DNA from: Parcubacteria group bacterium
GTDB taxonomy: Bacteria; Patescibacteriota; Minisyncoccia; Moranbacterales; UBA11712
Length of the DNA stretch: 53,789 nt
Assembly (NCBI GenBank): GCA_041659685.1
Contig: JBAZXV010000009.1
Coordinates: forward strand, 1-53,789
Reading direction: 5' to 3'
Shown: positions 35,023-43,088 of the stretch, piece after piece
How the letters are laid out: every line of letters begins with the position of its first letter
Position numbering within the stretch: the stretch's first letter is position 1
Translations under genes and position numbers: made by a program
Notes under the pieces: generated by a model
What the model saw: the letters and a program-made list of their open reading frames with translations, nothing else
Told to the model about the DNA's origin: nothing
Databases searched by the model: none

Positions 35023-36273
35023 ATGGAAAAAAATTTCGGCGGAGGAATCGAAAAAGGCGGCGAAAAGCCAAAGGATAGAAGAATTCACCCGGACGATATA
35101 ACCACTCAAATAGACGTGGAATCGCGGGAGGCCGCTTTCGACTTGTTTTATGACCCTGTTGTCGTCAGAGCGATGAAAAAAGCAATGGAAGATCCGGAAA
35201 TGAGAACCAGCTCCCGGGTTTTAATAAGAAATTTTTTGAATATTTTCGACAATCTGCTTGAAGACGATGAGAACGGACCGGATAGCGAGGCAAAAAGAAA
35301 TGAAAGAATAGAAAATATCCGAGGAATGGCCAGAGAGATTCTTGATGCGAATCATGCCGGGGAAATAGAATACATTAATCGGTTTGGATCCAAAGGCGGT
35401 AAAAAAGATGAAAGTTTGTTGGCTGATCGGGAGTTTCGCTATTCACTCGCGAGCGAATACGGAATCGGGGCGGCCTCTGATTATCTGGCAGAGAGTCGGA
35501 GAAAGTATGGAGATACGGCGGTTTTACGGGGAGATTTGAAATATTGCGTAAAAAAGATTTATGGTTCGGTGGTAAATGACTTTAGTCTTTTTGAACTCGT
35601 ATCCCGAGAAATTAAACTTGGACCAGCTTCCAGAGTTGGCCACGAGATACTTAAATCTTTGGGAATCCAAACAGATCAGGCCGAATGGTCAAAAAGCGTA
35701 AATATTCAGGATATGGAAGATCTCAGGAATCACATGGGACGTTATGGCGGCGAACAATTCAGAAATATTTGCACGATAATTTTTAGGGATTATCCCGAAG
35801 AAATAAAAGATTTTCTGGCCGGAGATATGACCAGTATATTGCGGGTCATTAAAAACATCGTTGAGCCAGAATTCAAAAGAGCCTATGAGGAATTAACCGC
35901 AGATGCGCCGGGAAGAAAAAGGGAAAGAATATTACACGAATTGGTCAACAAAGCCGACTGGAAGTTTATTTTTGGCCTATTTTCCGATTACCGATTGAAA
36001 CATCCCGAAATTGATCGCTTCGATAAAAAAAACATTTTTTCCGGTCCAAAATCGCGCCAAGAGAGTATTTGGTCAAACGAGCTTGTGGACAGGCATGGAT
36101 CGCCTGAAAAAAGAAAAAATGCCATGGAAGCAATTCTGGATAAGTACGGAGAAGGGCTTGTGAAAAGGGTAGGAGAAGGTTACGAAATCGCCGATATGGA
36201 AAAATTCAGAGAGTTGGCGCGGGAATATTATGAGCCTGAGTTTAGCAAAATATTCGAAATAGGTTTTTCATAG
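35023..36273 (+). CDS. Hypothetical cytosolic protein (416 aa), no recognisable motif
   Basis: Long ORF co-oriented with its neighbours, with a protein-like composition. Confidence 0.5.
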   Translation: MEKNFGGGIEKGGEKPKDRRIHPDDITTQIDVESREAAFDLFYDPVVVRAMKKAMEDPEMRTSSRVLIRNFLNIFDNLLEDDENGPDSEAKRNERIENIRGMAREILDANHAGEIEYINRFGSKGGKKDESLLADREFRYSLASEYGIGAASDYLAESRRKYGDTAVLRGDLKYCVKKIYGSVVNDFSLFELVSREIKLGPASRVGHEILKSLGIQTDQAEWSKSVNIQDMEDLRNHMGRYGGEQFRNICTIIFRDYPEEIKDFLAGDMTSILRVIKNIVEPEFKRAYEELTADAPGRKRERILHELVNKADWKFIFGLFSDYRLKHPEIDRFDKKNIFSGPKSRQESIWSNELVDRHGSPEKRKNAMEAILDKYGEGLVKRVGEGYEIADMEKFRELAREYYEPEFSKIFEIGFS

Positions 36274-36447
36274 GGTTTGGCGCAGAAGTAATTTATATAT
36301 TAAAAGCTATTTTTAAACCATAACCATTCTTTTTAGGAATTTCCTCATTTGAGTCGAAATTAGAGGAAAATTACAGTCTGCCTAACACGCTTAAGGCGTT
36401 AAGTTAGTATAACTCAGGCCATTTTGGCCGGGAAACGCTTCATGAGC

Positions 36448-36476
36448 TTGACATATTTTCCGGAGTGATTTAATAT
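36448..36476 (+). promoter_or_regulatory. Sigma70-like promoter, TTGACA-17 nt-TAATAT, for rplJL
   Basis: ttgaca at 36448-36453 and taatat at 36471-36476. Confidence 0.6.
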
Positions 36477-36630
36477 TTACTTTAGCCAATTAAATAAGTT
36501 TTTTCCGCAGAAATCAGGTTTATCCCGTTAGATTCGCCGGAGGCGGCCATTTGACGGGACGAATAAATCCTGACGAGGAATAAAAGCGTTTTTTGCTTTA
36601 TTTGACTCTGCGGTTCGGCAGAGTTTTATT
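36477..36630 (+). promoter_or_regulatory. Structured rplJ leader (L10-leader-like) ending in an attenuator hairpin
   Basis: Long stem tcagg..cccgt..gccg/cggc..acggg..cctga (about 36512-36574), then ctctgc/gcagag followed by ttttatt (36606-36630), upstream of rplJ. The family assignment rests on position and hairpin-plus-U-run architecture only. Confidence 0.45.
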
Positions 36631-36659
36631 GTTAATTTGAAATTTAATTTTCGAATTCT

Positions 36660-37175
36660 ATGCTTACAAAGGATCAGAAAAAAGAACTTGTCAAAAAACT
36701 AACCGAGCAGGTGAAAACCGGAAAAGTGATGATTTTTTCCGATTTTGCGGGGACAACGGTGGCAAAGATGAAGAATTTGCGGGACGAGCTTCGAAAAACA
36801 GGTTCGACCTATAAAATTACGAAGAAGAAACTGATCGAACTGTCCTTCCGCGAATCAGGAATCGAGATTAATTCGAAAAAAATGGAAGGGCAGCTGGGTG
36901 TGGCCATCGGACAAGAAGATGAAGTTTCGGCCGCCAAAGTCATGGCAAAGTTCGCCAAGGAAAACAAGAATTTTAAGATTCTCAATGGTGTCCTCGAAAA
37001 AAAGCTGATTTCCGCCGAAGAAGTAATGGCGCTTTCAAAGCTTCCTTCAAGAGAAGAGCTTCTTGCGAAATTGGTCGGGACTATCAATGCTCCGGTTTCG
37101 GGATTTGTAAATGTCCTTGCGGGAAATTTGAGAAATTTTGTCGGGGTACTGAAAGCAATTGCGGAAAAGGCCTAG
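36660..37175 (+). CDS. rplJ: 50S ribosomal protein L10
   Basis: Typical N-terminus K..K..V..L and the C-terminal L12-binding helix. It is adjacent to rplL. Confidence 0.88.
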   Translation: MLTKDQKKELVKKLTEQVKTGKVMIFSDFAGTTVAKMKNLRDELRKTGSTYKITKKKLIELSFRESGIEINSKKMEGQLGVAIGQEDEVSAAKVMAKFAKENKNFKILNGVLEKKLISAEEVMALSKLPSREELLAKLVGTINAPVSGFVNVLAGNLRNFVGVLKAIAEKA

Positions 37176-37294
37176 ATATCCTCTATTTTGAGATTAAGGA
37201 TTATCGGACAAGCCAACCTGCATCGAATCGATACTGAGATGAAAAGCGATTCCTTCAAAATCTTATGTTTTCTCCGAATAATTTTCATCAGTCA

Positions 37295-37355
37295 TCTCCG
37301 CAGAATCAGGGATCCAGATTATTACTTATTCGCTGGATTCCCGATTCTGCGGAGA
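37295..37355. repeat. Hairpin with a 23-bp stem in the rplJ-rplL spacer
   Basis: tctccgcagaatcagggatccag (37295-37317) pairs with ctggattcccgattctgcggaga (37333-37355): 21 Watson-Crick pairs, one G-U and one mismatch, with a 15-nt loop. Confidence 0.8.
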
Positions 37356-37387
37356 ATCATTAATAAATAATTAATTTTTGAAAAAAT

Positions 37388-37864
37388 ATGCCTGAAGAAG
37401 TAAAAAAAGAAGAAGGAGCGGAAACCGAAGAAAAACCCACTTCCGCTGAAGCTGCGGAGGACAAAAAAGAAGTTGAGGTTCCCGAAAAATTCAAAACTCT
37501 GGTTGAGCAGGTCGAGAAAATGTCCGTTCTCGAACTTTCAGAACTTGTAAAAGTTCTTGAAGAAAAATTCGGCGTAAGCGCCTCGGCTCCGATGATGATG
37601 GCTGGTCCGGCTGTCGGCGGAGCGGGCGAAGCCGGAGAAGCGGCAGTGGAAAAGAGTGAATTTGACATCGAACTTGTAGCGCCTGGAGACGCTAAGATCA
37701 ATGTCATTAAAGCTGTCCGTGAAATTACCGGAAAAGGACTCAAGGAAGCCAAGGATCTTGTTGATGCGGCTCCGAAAGTAATCAAAGAAAAAGTTGCCAA
37801 AGCCGAAGCTGACGAGCTGAAGAAAAAGCTTGAAGAAGCGGGAGCAACTGTGAACTTGAAGTAA
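37388..37864 (+). CDS. rplL: 50S ribosomal protein L7/L12 with an acidic N-terminal extension of about 31 aa
   Basis: [19 protein letters not shown], an Ala/Gly hinge, and the C-terminal domain [24 protein letters not shown]. There is no alternative in-frame start nearer the canonical N-terminus. Confidence 0.9.
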   Translation: MPEEVKKEEGAETEEKPTSAEAAEDKKEVEVPEKFKTLVEQVEKMSVLELSELVKVLEEKFGVSASAPMMMAGPAVGGAGEAGEAAVEKSEFDIELVAPGDAKINVIKAVREITGKGLKEAKDLVDAAPKVIKEKVAKAEADELKKKLEEAGATVNLK

Positions 37865-37883
37865 AATCTTGCTGCTTTTTATA

Positions 37884-37914
37884 AAAAACACCCCTTAAGC
37901 CGGGGTGTTTTTAT
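37884..37914 (+). terminator. Intrinsic terminator after rplL
   Basis: acacccc/ggggtgt stem followed by tttttatt. Confidence 0.8.
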
Positions 37915-37963
37915 TATATAAATAATTAATTAATATAAAATATATATAAATTATATTAAATAT

Positions 37964-37991
37964 TTGACATAATATTTATATATTATAAAAT
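37964..37991 (+). promoter_or_regulatory. Putative promoter, TTGACA-16 nt-TAAAAT, embedded in a pure A/T tract
   Basis: ttgaca at 37964-37969 and taaaat at 37986-37991. Bases 37909-37965 contain no G or C, which is UP-element-like. Confidence 0.45.
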
Positions 37992-38034
37992 ATAGTTATA
38001 ATTTTTTAGGTTAATGGCTTTTTAGGAGGTAGTC

Positions 38035-38220
38035 ATGGCTTATAACTGTTCGTGTCTGGGGTGCCCCTATATAATCCCTGGTAACGGACCATGTAAATTG
38101 GGCGGCACAGGGTGGAAAGAAAATCCCTGTCCAAAAGAGTCCGAAGAAGATGTGAATCTCACCTTCGGAAAAATTATCTGGCAAGTTCTAGCGGATTTCT
38201 TTCGCGTATTCTTTTATTGA
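38035..38220 (+). CDS. Cys-rich micro-protein (61 aa) with a hydrophobic aromatic C-terminus
   Basis: Consensus SD aggagg (38024-38029) 5 nt before the ATG. Five Cys in the first 32 residues (CSCLGC..C..C), and the tail IIWQVLADFFRVFFY. Confidence 0.5.
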   Translation: MAYNCSCLGCPYIIPGNGPCKLGGTGWKENPCPKESEEDVNLTFGKIIWQVLADFFRVFFY

Positions 38221-38236
38221 AACGGGGGTGTGGAAT

Positions 38237-38368
38237 ATGGAAACTCCAAGCCAGCACATGATAAGCCTGTTGATAAAATCAGGCTTAGTGAAAGCGCAAA
38301 AAGCGCAAGAAAAAGAGCCCAAGGAAGAAGCGCCTAAGCCGGCTGTTCCCAGAGGTCATGGGAGTTGA
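38237..38368 (+). CDS. Second micro-ORF (43 aa, Lys/Pro/Glu-rich)
   Basis: ATG at 38237 preceded by ggggg, 16 nt after the stop of the Cys-rich ORF, ending at the TGA at 38366-38368. It is below the length cut-off of the ORF track. Confidence 0.3.
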   Translation: METPSQHMISLLIKSGLVKAQKAQEKEPKEEAPKPAVPRGHGS

Positions 38369-38391
38369 TAACAATTCAGCTCGCAACGTCG

Positions 38392-38425
38392 AAAAAAAGG
38401 CAGGTCTGGAGGGACCCGCCTTTTA
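38392..38425. terminator. Bidirectional intrinsic terminator between convergent genes
   Basis: aggcaggtc/gacccgcct stem flanked by aaaaaaa and tttt. Confidence 0.65.
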
Positions 38426-38437
38426 AAATACAAATTT

Positions 38438-40510
38438 TTATTCGATAGAAAATTTATCTATGCTGTTCTTCTCTATCAGATAAACTGATTTATTTTTCTC
38501 ATCAACTGTGAAATTATCAATTCCTGAAATTGATTCGTTCCAATACTGGGTGCTTATTTTTCCGTCTTTGGAATATTGGACGACTCGATGGTTTTTGCTG
38601 TCGAGAACATATATAAACTCCATATCCGGTTCGCTGCATATCGAATCGATGGAAAGAGGCAGCCGGGTTTTCTCAAAATTAATATTTGTATCTTCTTTGC
38701 CCTGGAGATAGGCGTTTATTCCATCTTCGGAAGCGGCAAAAATATCGTCGTTGATGGCAAAATCAGCCGTGTTTTTGATGTCCGATCCGGCTTTGAGCCA
38801 ATCCTGCTTCTCGCCGAATCCGCCTTCGGCGCGGGGATAGCGATAGATTTGATTGGCAGACGGATCGAGAAAATACAAGTAAGTGAGATAAGCTTTCATG
38901 CTCTTGGCGTTCAGTCCGGCGGGAAGCTCGATTCCGTTTTCTTGAAAAATTTTATTTATTGGCGTGAAGGAAACAATTTTTTTGTCTTCGGTTAAAATGA
39001 ATATTGAATTGAGATTCGGCATTGAAGCCATGAGTTTGAAATTTCCAACGCCGAGGCTCGAAGAAAATTCCTCGACGCTTTTCGTATTCGGATCGATTTT
39101 GAGGATGGTTTTGCTGTTTTTGGGAATCACAAACAAAGAATCCCCGAAAAGGGCAGCAGCGGTCGTATTTTGAGAAATTTCGGCGATAGTTTCAGGCTTG
39201 GAAACATTTTTCACGTTTATGTCTTCAAGCGTTGGAGGGGCGGTGGGATTGGGTTGGGGCGCGGACTGATTATTTTCCGGAGCGGGCGCGGGTTCATTGC
39301 CGCTGTTCCTGTAAAATAAAACGCCGACTATGATTAACAAAACGGCTGCCAGGACAGCGCCGGAAAAAATTTTTCTTTTCTTTGAATCCAGCCCGGATAT
39401 GCGGCCGGAAAAATATCTCGAATGCTCTCTTATTTTTTCAACAAAGTGGCCGGGCTTTACTTTCTCCCTGAACAATACGCGCGTTTTTTCCTTTAATCTC
39501 AGCTTTTGATAAGATGCAAAAAAATTTTGGATGGCGCCGGCAAAAAATTTTGCGATAATTCGGTAATATTTTCCAAAAGAAACGATAAAGTTATTCCAGA
39601 ATGACTCTCTTTCTGATTCTCTGGATTTTTCTTCAATATGGATGCGTTCACCCCCGCGAGGATTATTTCCGGAAGCGGCAAAAATATCAGAGATAGTCAC
39701 TCCGCTGCCTATGGGAGCCGGAGCGGGCTTCGGAAGAACGATTGCGCTCTCAGGCTCAGGTCTGGGAAATTCGATCGGTTTTTTGACTAATTTATCGGCT
39801 TTTTTCGCTTCTCTCGGAAAATCGACGATAATAGTTCCTCCCATTTCCGTGTTGGCGCGAAGCGATGCTTCAATAAGGCCGGCAAACTCCTCCTGAGAAA
39901 AACGGGCGGCATTATGACGCAGTTCATCCGGCGAAAAAATATCCAAAAGATCACGCGTCGTAAAAATAAGCTTGTCGCCTTTTTCCAATCTGCCGCTTGA
40001 GATATCCGTAAAAGTTTTCAGCGGATGCGGCTCGGCTGTTTTTTCATTTTCCAAAACGCGGCTGATTTCCGCTATTTGTCCGGAACGGATCAAAAAAACA
40101 GAAGTTCTTCCAAGACGGGAAAAATGGAGGTTGCTTCGTTCAATGGCGCCTCCCGCGAAATCTATTTTTCCGGCCCATCCGGTGGATCCGTGCCGCGCAA
40201 TTTCAGCAAGGGCCAGGTTGGCTTTGCGAAGGCTGGCTTCAAAGCTCTCTTCGGATGGACGCTCCGGCCGGCTAAAATATTCTTTTTTCATCACCGATGC
40301 CAAGAGATTGACGACATACGAAGAATCGGCCGAAAAGTCGGAAACCTTAAGGATGCCAAAAAGAGTGCCCAGTTTTTCCTGCTCGTAATTTTCGGCGGAA
40401 ACCACAAAAACCGTTCCAAAAGGAGCCAGTTCATTTTTTGCACAAATGAATATCTCCTTAAAATCGGATTTTAAAAAGCCATTTTTTCTCTTTTTTACGC
40501 TAGTTGTCAT
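38438..40510 (-). CDS. Membrane protein with an N-terminal cytoplasmic PP2C/SpoIIE-like (probably degenerate) domain, one TM helix, and a C-terminal extracytoplasmic repeat (propeller-like) domain
   Basis: PP2C-like layout: FGILKVSD.., STGWAGKIDFAGGAI, LGRTSVFLIR in place of GDSR, and GDKLIFTTRDLLD. TM helix IFSGAVLAAVLLIIVGVLFY. The C-terminus has recurring IYRYPR/VVQYSKDG-type strands. The start is set at the ATG at 40510. Confidence 0.45.
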   Translation of the reverse strand: MTTSVKKRKNGFLKSDFKEIFICAKNELAPFGTVFVVSAENYEQEKLGTLFGILKVSDFSADSSYVVNLLASVMKKEYFSRPERPSEESFEASLRKANLALAEIARHGSTGWAGKIDFAGGAIERSNLHFSRLGRTSVFLIRSGQIAEISRVLENEKTAEPHPLKTFTDISSGRLEKGDKLIFTTRDLLDIFSPDELRHNAARFSQEEFAGLIEASLRANTEMGGTIIVDFPREAKKADKLVKKPIEFPRPEPESAIVLPKPAPAPIGSGVTISDIFAASGNNPRGGERIHIEEKSRESERESFWNNFIVSFGKYYRIIAKFFAGAIQNFFASYQKLRLKEKTRVLFREKVKPGHFVEKIREHSRYFSGRISGLDSKKRKIFSGAVLAAVLLIIVGVLFYRNSGNEPAPAPENNQSAPQPNPTAPPTLEDINVKNVSKPETIAEISQNTTAAALFGDSLFVIPKNSKTILKIDPNTKSVEEFSSSLGVGNFKLMASMPNLNSIFILTEDKKIVSFTPINKIFQENGIELPAGLNAKSMKAYLTYLYFLDPSANQIYRYPRAEGGFGEKQDWLKAGSDIKNTADFAINDDIFAASEDGINAYLQGKEDTNINFEKTRLPLSIDSICSEPDMEFIYVLDSKNHRVVQYSKDGKISTQYWNESISGIDNFTVDEKNKSVYLIEKNSIDKFSIE

Positions 40511-40701
40511 ATATTGCGCTTTGGCAATATTATAGAAGAAGAACTGAAAATTTACAATAAATTTGCGATTCGTATGCAAAGAGCCGCTGATTTGAGCTTA
40601 CGCTTCATTTCTCTGAAAGCTTGTGTTTATTGGACTTTTTATCCGGAGAATACTATACTGATAACGATTTTCTAAGCTAAAAATTAAGATGCTATAAGAC
40701 A

Positions 40702-41301
40702 ATGTCAGAAATATTTTCCCAATTATTCGACTCGAAGACGAGATCGAGGCTCATGAAATTTTTTATGCTCAACGATGAGCATGATTTTTCAGTTGCGGAT
40801 ATCGTGAAAAAAAACAAACTGACCTTTCAGCAGGTTTCAAAGGAGATTTCGCGCATGGAAAGGATGAAAATGGTTGTCTCGAAGACGAAAAAGGGAAAAA
40901 GATATTTACGCACCAATGTTGATTTCATCTTCTATCCGGAGCTCAAGAGTCTGGTTATAAAGTCCAATACTTTGCCGGAATGTCATACTCTCGGCCGCAT
41001 CAAGAATCTTGGAAAAATAAAACTGGCGTTGATTTCGGGCGTTTTTCTTAATCATGCAAAGAGCCAGAGCGATCTGCTGATCGTCGGAGATGAGCTGAGC
41101 CGGGCAAAACTTAATCACTTTCTTGAAAATCTTGAGGCTGAAGTGGGTAAAGAAATAAATTATTCCGTTATGAGTTCCGAAGAATTCAAATATCGAACCG
41201 ATATGCTCGATAAATTCGTCATGGATTTTTTGGAAAGCCCGTATGAAGAAATAATCTGCAAAATATCAAACCTGAGAGAGATTGCGAATCGGAGAAAATA
41301 A
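40702..41301 (+). CDS. Winged-helix regulator fused to a degenerate nucleotidyltransferase-like domain
   Basis: N-terminal SKTRSRLMKFF..FSVADIV..L.FQQVSKEISRME resembles ArsR/wHTH. The C-terminal SDLLIVGD pattern is also present. Confidence 0.45.
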   Translation: MSEIFSQLFDSKTRSRLMKFFMLNDEHDFSVADIVKKNKLTFQQVSKEISRMERMKMVVSKTKKGKRYLRTNVDFIFYPELKSLVIKSNTLPECHTLGRIKNLGKIKLALISGVFLNHAKSQSDLLIVGDELSRAKLNHFLENLEAEVGKEINYSVMSSEEFKYRTDMLDKFVMDFLESPYEEIICKISNLREIANRRK

Positions 41302-41405
41302 AAACAACCAAACAGGCGTGATTTGCTGTTTGTTCCGTTTGGCCTGGCGTTTGCCGGCCGGTTTAATTTTGAAATTTTCACTCTGCTGATCCGGAGATTA
41401 AGACT

Positions 41406-42560
41406 ATGATTATACAAATAACGCTGGCAATATTAGTCGCTATAGTTGTCGTGTTTTTCTTCTTATTTTTCTTGAAGAAGCGCGTCTTAAATCTGCTCAA
41501 TGACTTGATGGGGAAAGTGATTGATGAGAATTTGAAGCAAACCGAGATTAAAAGCAGAGAAGTTTTCAGGGAAGAAAGGGAGCGGATTATGGAGCAGTAC
41601 CGGTCGGAGAAGGAGATTATATCTGAAAAGATGAAAGCCGGACAGCAGGATTTAGACAGCAAAAAGGACGCAATAAAAGAAATGATCAATAAGATATCCG
41701 AGGATCTCCAAAAAAACCAGAGCAGGATGGGCGAAACCGAAAAAGACAGGATCCGCGAATTCAATACATTAAAAACGGTTATAGAAGAGCATAAAAATAT
41801 TACCGGAGGATTGAAAGAATCTGCGGATCATTTGAAAAATATCTTGTCCAATAATCAATTGCGGGGCAAATACGGAGAAGAAATAGCGGAAAATCTGCTG
41901 AAATCCGTCGGATTCGTAAAGGGACAGCATTATTCAGTTAATGTCGCCCAGGAAACCGTATCAACGCGGCCGGACTTCACCATGTATCTGCCGGATAAGA
42001 CAAAAATAAACATCGATGCGAAATTTCCTTTGCAATCTTTGATAAAATATCAGGAGACCGAAATCAAGCAGGAAAAGGAGCGCTATTTGAGGGAATTTAC
42101 TTCTGACGTGAAGCAAAAAATAAAACAAGTAACAACCAGGGACTACATTAATCCGGAGGAAAATACGGTCGATTTCGTGATACTCTTTGTTCCGAACGAA
42201 ATGATATTCAGCTTTATTTACGACAGGTTGCACGAAGTTTGGAATGACGCGATGAAAAAGAAGGTTATCATGGCCGGTCCCTTCAGCTTCACTGCGATTT
42301 TAAGGATGGTTTTTCAGTCATATAAGAATTTTGCGTATCAGCAGAATTTGCACTCCATTATTAAGTTAATCAATACTTTTGCCAGTGAATATGAGAATTT
42401 CAGCGCCGAATTGGACAAGCTGGGGACAAGGATAAACGCCGTTGAAACCCAATATAATGCGGTTTCTGTCACTCGAGCCAAGAAATTAACCGGAGTTCTG
42501 GAGAAAATAAAAAACGAAGACATCCTTTTGGAGACGAAAAGCAATGAATTAATTGATTAA
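41406..42560 (+). CDS. rmuC: DNA recombination protein RmuC
   Basis: N-terminal TM anchor, a coiled coil, LRGKYGEEIAENLL, RPDFTMYLP..INIDAKFPL and DFVILFVPNE motifs. Confidence 0.85.
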   Translation: MIIQITLAILVAIVVVFFFLFFLKKRVLNLLNDLMGKVIDENLKQTEIKSREVFREERERIMEQYRSEKEIISEKMKAGQQDLDSKKDAIKEMINKISEDLQKNQSRMGETEKDRIREFNTLKTVIEEHKNITGGLKESADHLKNILSNNQLRGKYGEEIAENLLKSVGFVKGQHYSVNVAQETVSTRPDFTMYLPDKTKINIDAKFPLQSLIKYQETEIKQEKERYLREFTSDVKQKIKQVTTRDYINPEENTVDFVILFVPNEMIFSFIYDRLHEVWNDAMKKKVIMAGPFSFTAILRMVFQSYKNFAYQQNLHSIIKLINTFASEYENFSAELDKLGTRINAVETQYNAVSVTRAKKLTGVLEKIKNEDILLETKSNELID

Positions 42561-42572
42561 ATCGCGATAGAA

Positions 42573-42962
42573 ATGAGACACTGGACGGGGAAATTAAGGG
42601 AAAAATTCAAAAGATTCTTCTGGCATGGTTACTGGACCGATCCGGTGATATTTTTTTCGCTGGTGCTTGCGGTTATCGCCAACGCGGCGATTTGGGCGGC
42701 GCTTTATTTTACGGTTGAAGCCACTGACAGGCCGATAATTCTTCACTATAACATTTATTTCGGCGTTGATTCTATCGGTGACTGGCGAAATGTTTATGTC
42801 ATGCCGGCTCTCGCGCTTGTAATTTTTTTCATCAACCTGTTTCTCTCGAGGTTCTTTTATTACAAAGAGCGCCTGGCGTCGCATCTTTTTGCGGCAATGG
42901 CGTTTTTAGTCCAGCTTCTTATGGCAATAGGAGTGGCGAGCATAATACTTATTAATTTTTAG
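42573..42962 (+). CDS. Small three-TM membrane protein
   Basis: Hydrophobic segments are visible and no motif was recognised. It lies directly upstream of the GT2 synthase. Confidence 0.45.
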   Translation: MRHWTGKLREKFKRFFWHGYWTDPVIFFSLVLAVIANAAIWAALYFTVEATDRPIILHYNIYFGVDSIGDWRNVYVMPALALVIFFINLFLSRFFYYKERLASHLFAAMAFLVQLLMAIGVASIILINF

Positions 42963-42990
42963 TGAAAAATTAAAAGTGCAAAGTTGAAAA

Positions 42991-43008
42991 TTTTGGTGTC
43001 GCTTCGCG
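42991..43008. repeat. TTTTGGTGTCGCTTCGCG element (family C), preceded by the family-B-like aaaagtgcaaagttgaaaa
   Basis: Identical 18-mer at 30828-30845. It lies upstream of the probable GT2 start at 43089. Confidence 0.75.
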
Positions 43009-43088
43009 GCGGTTATTTCAGGAATAAATCCGCGATTGCGGCAAAAGCAATATTTTTTCATTTTGGATTTTTAACCTTTAATTTACAG

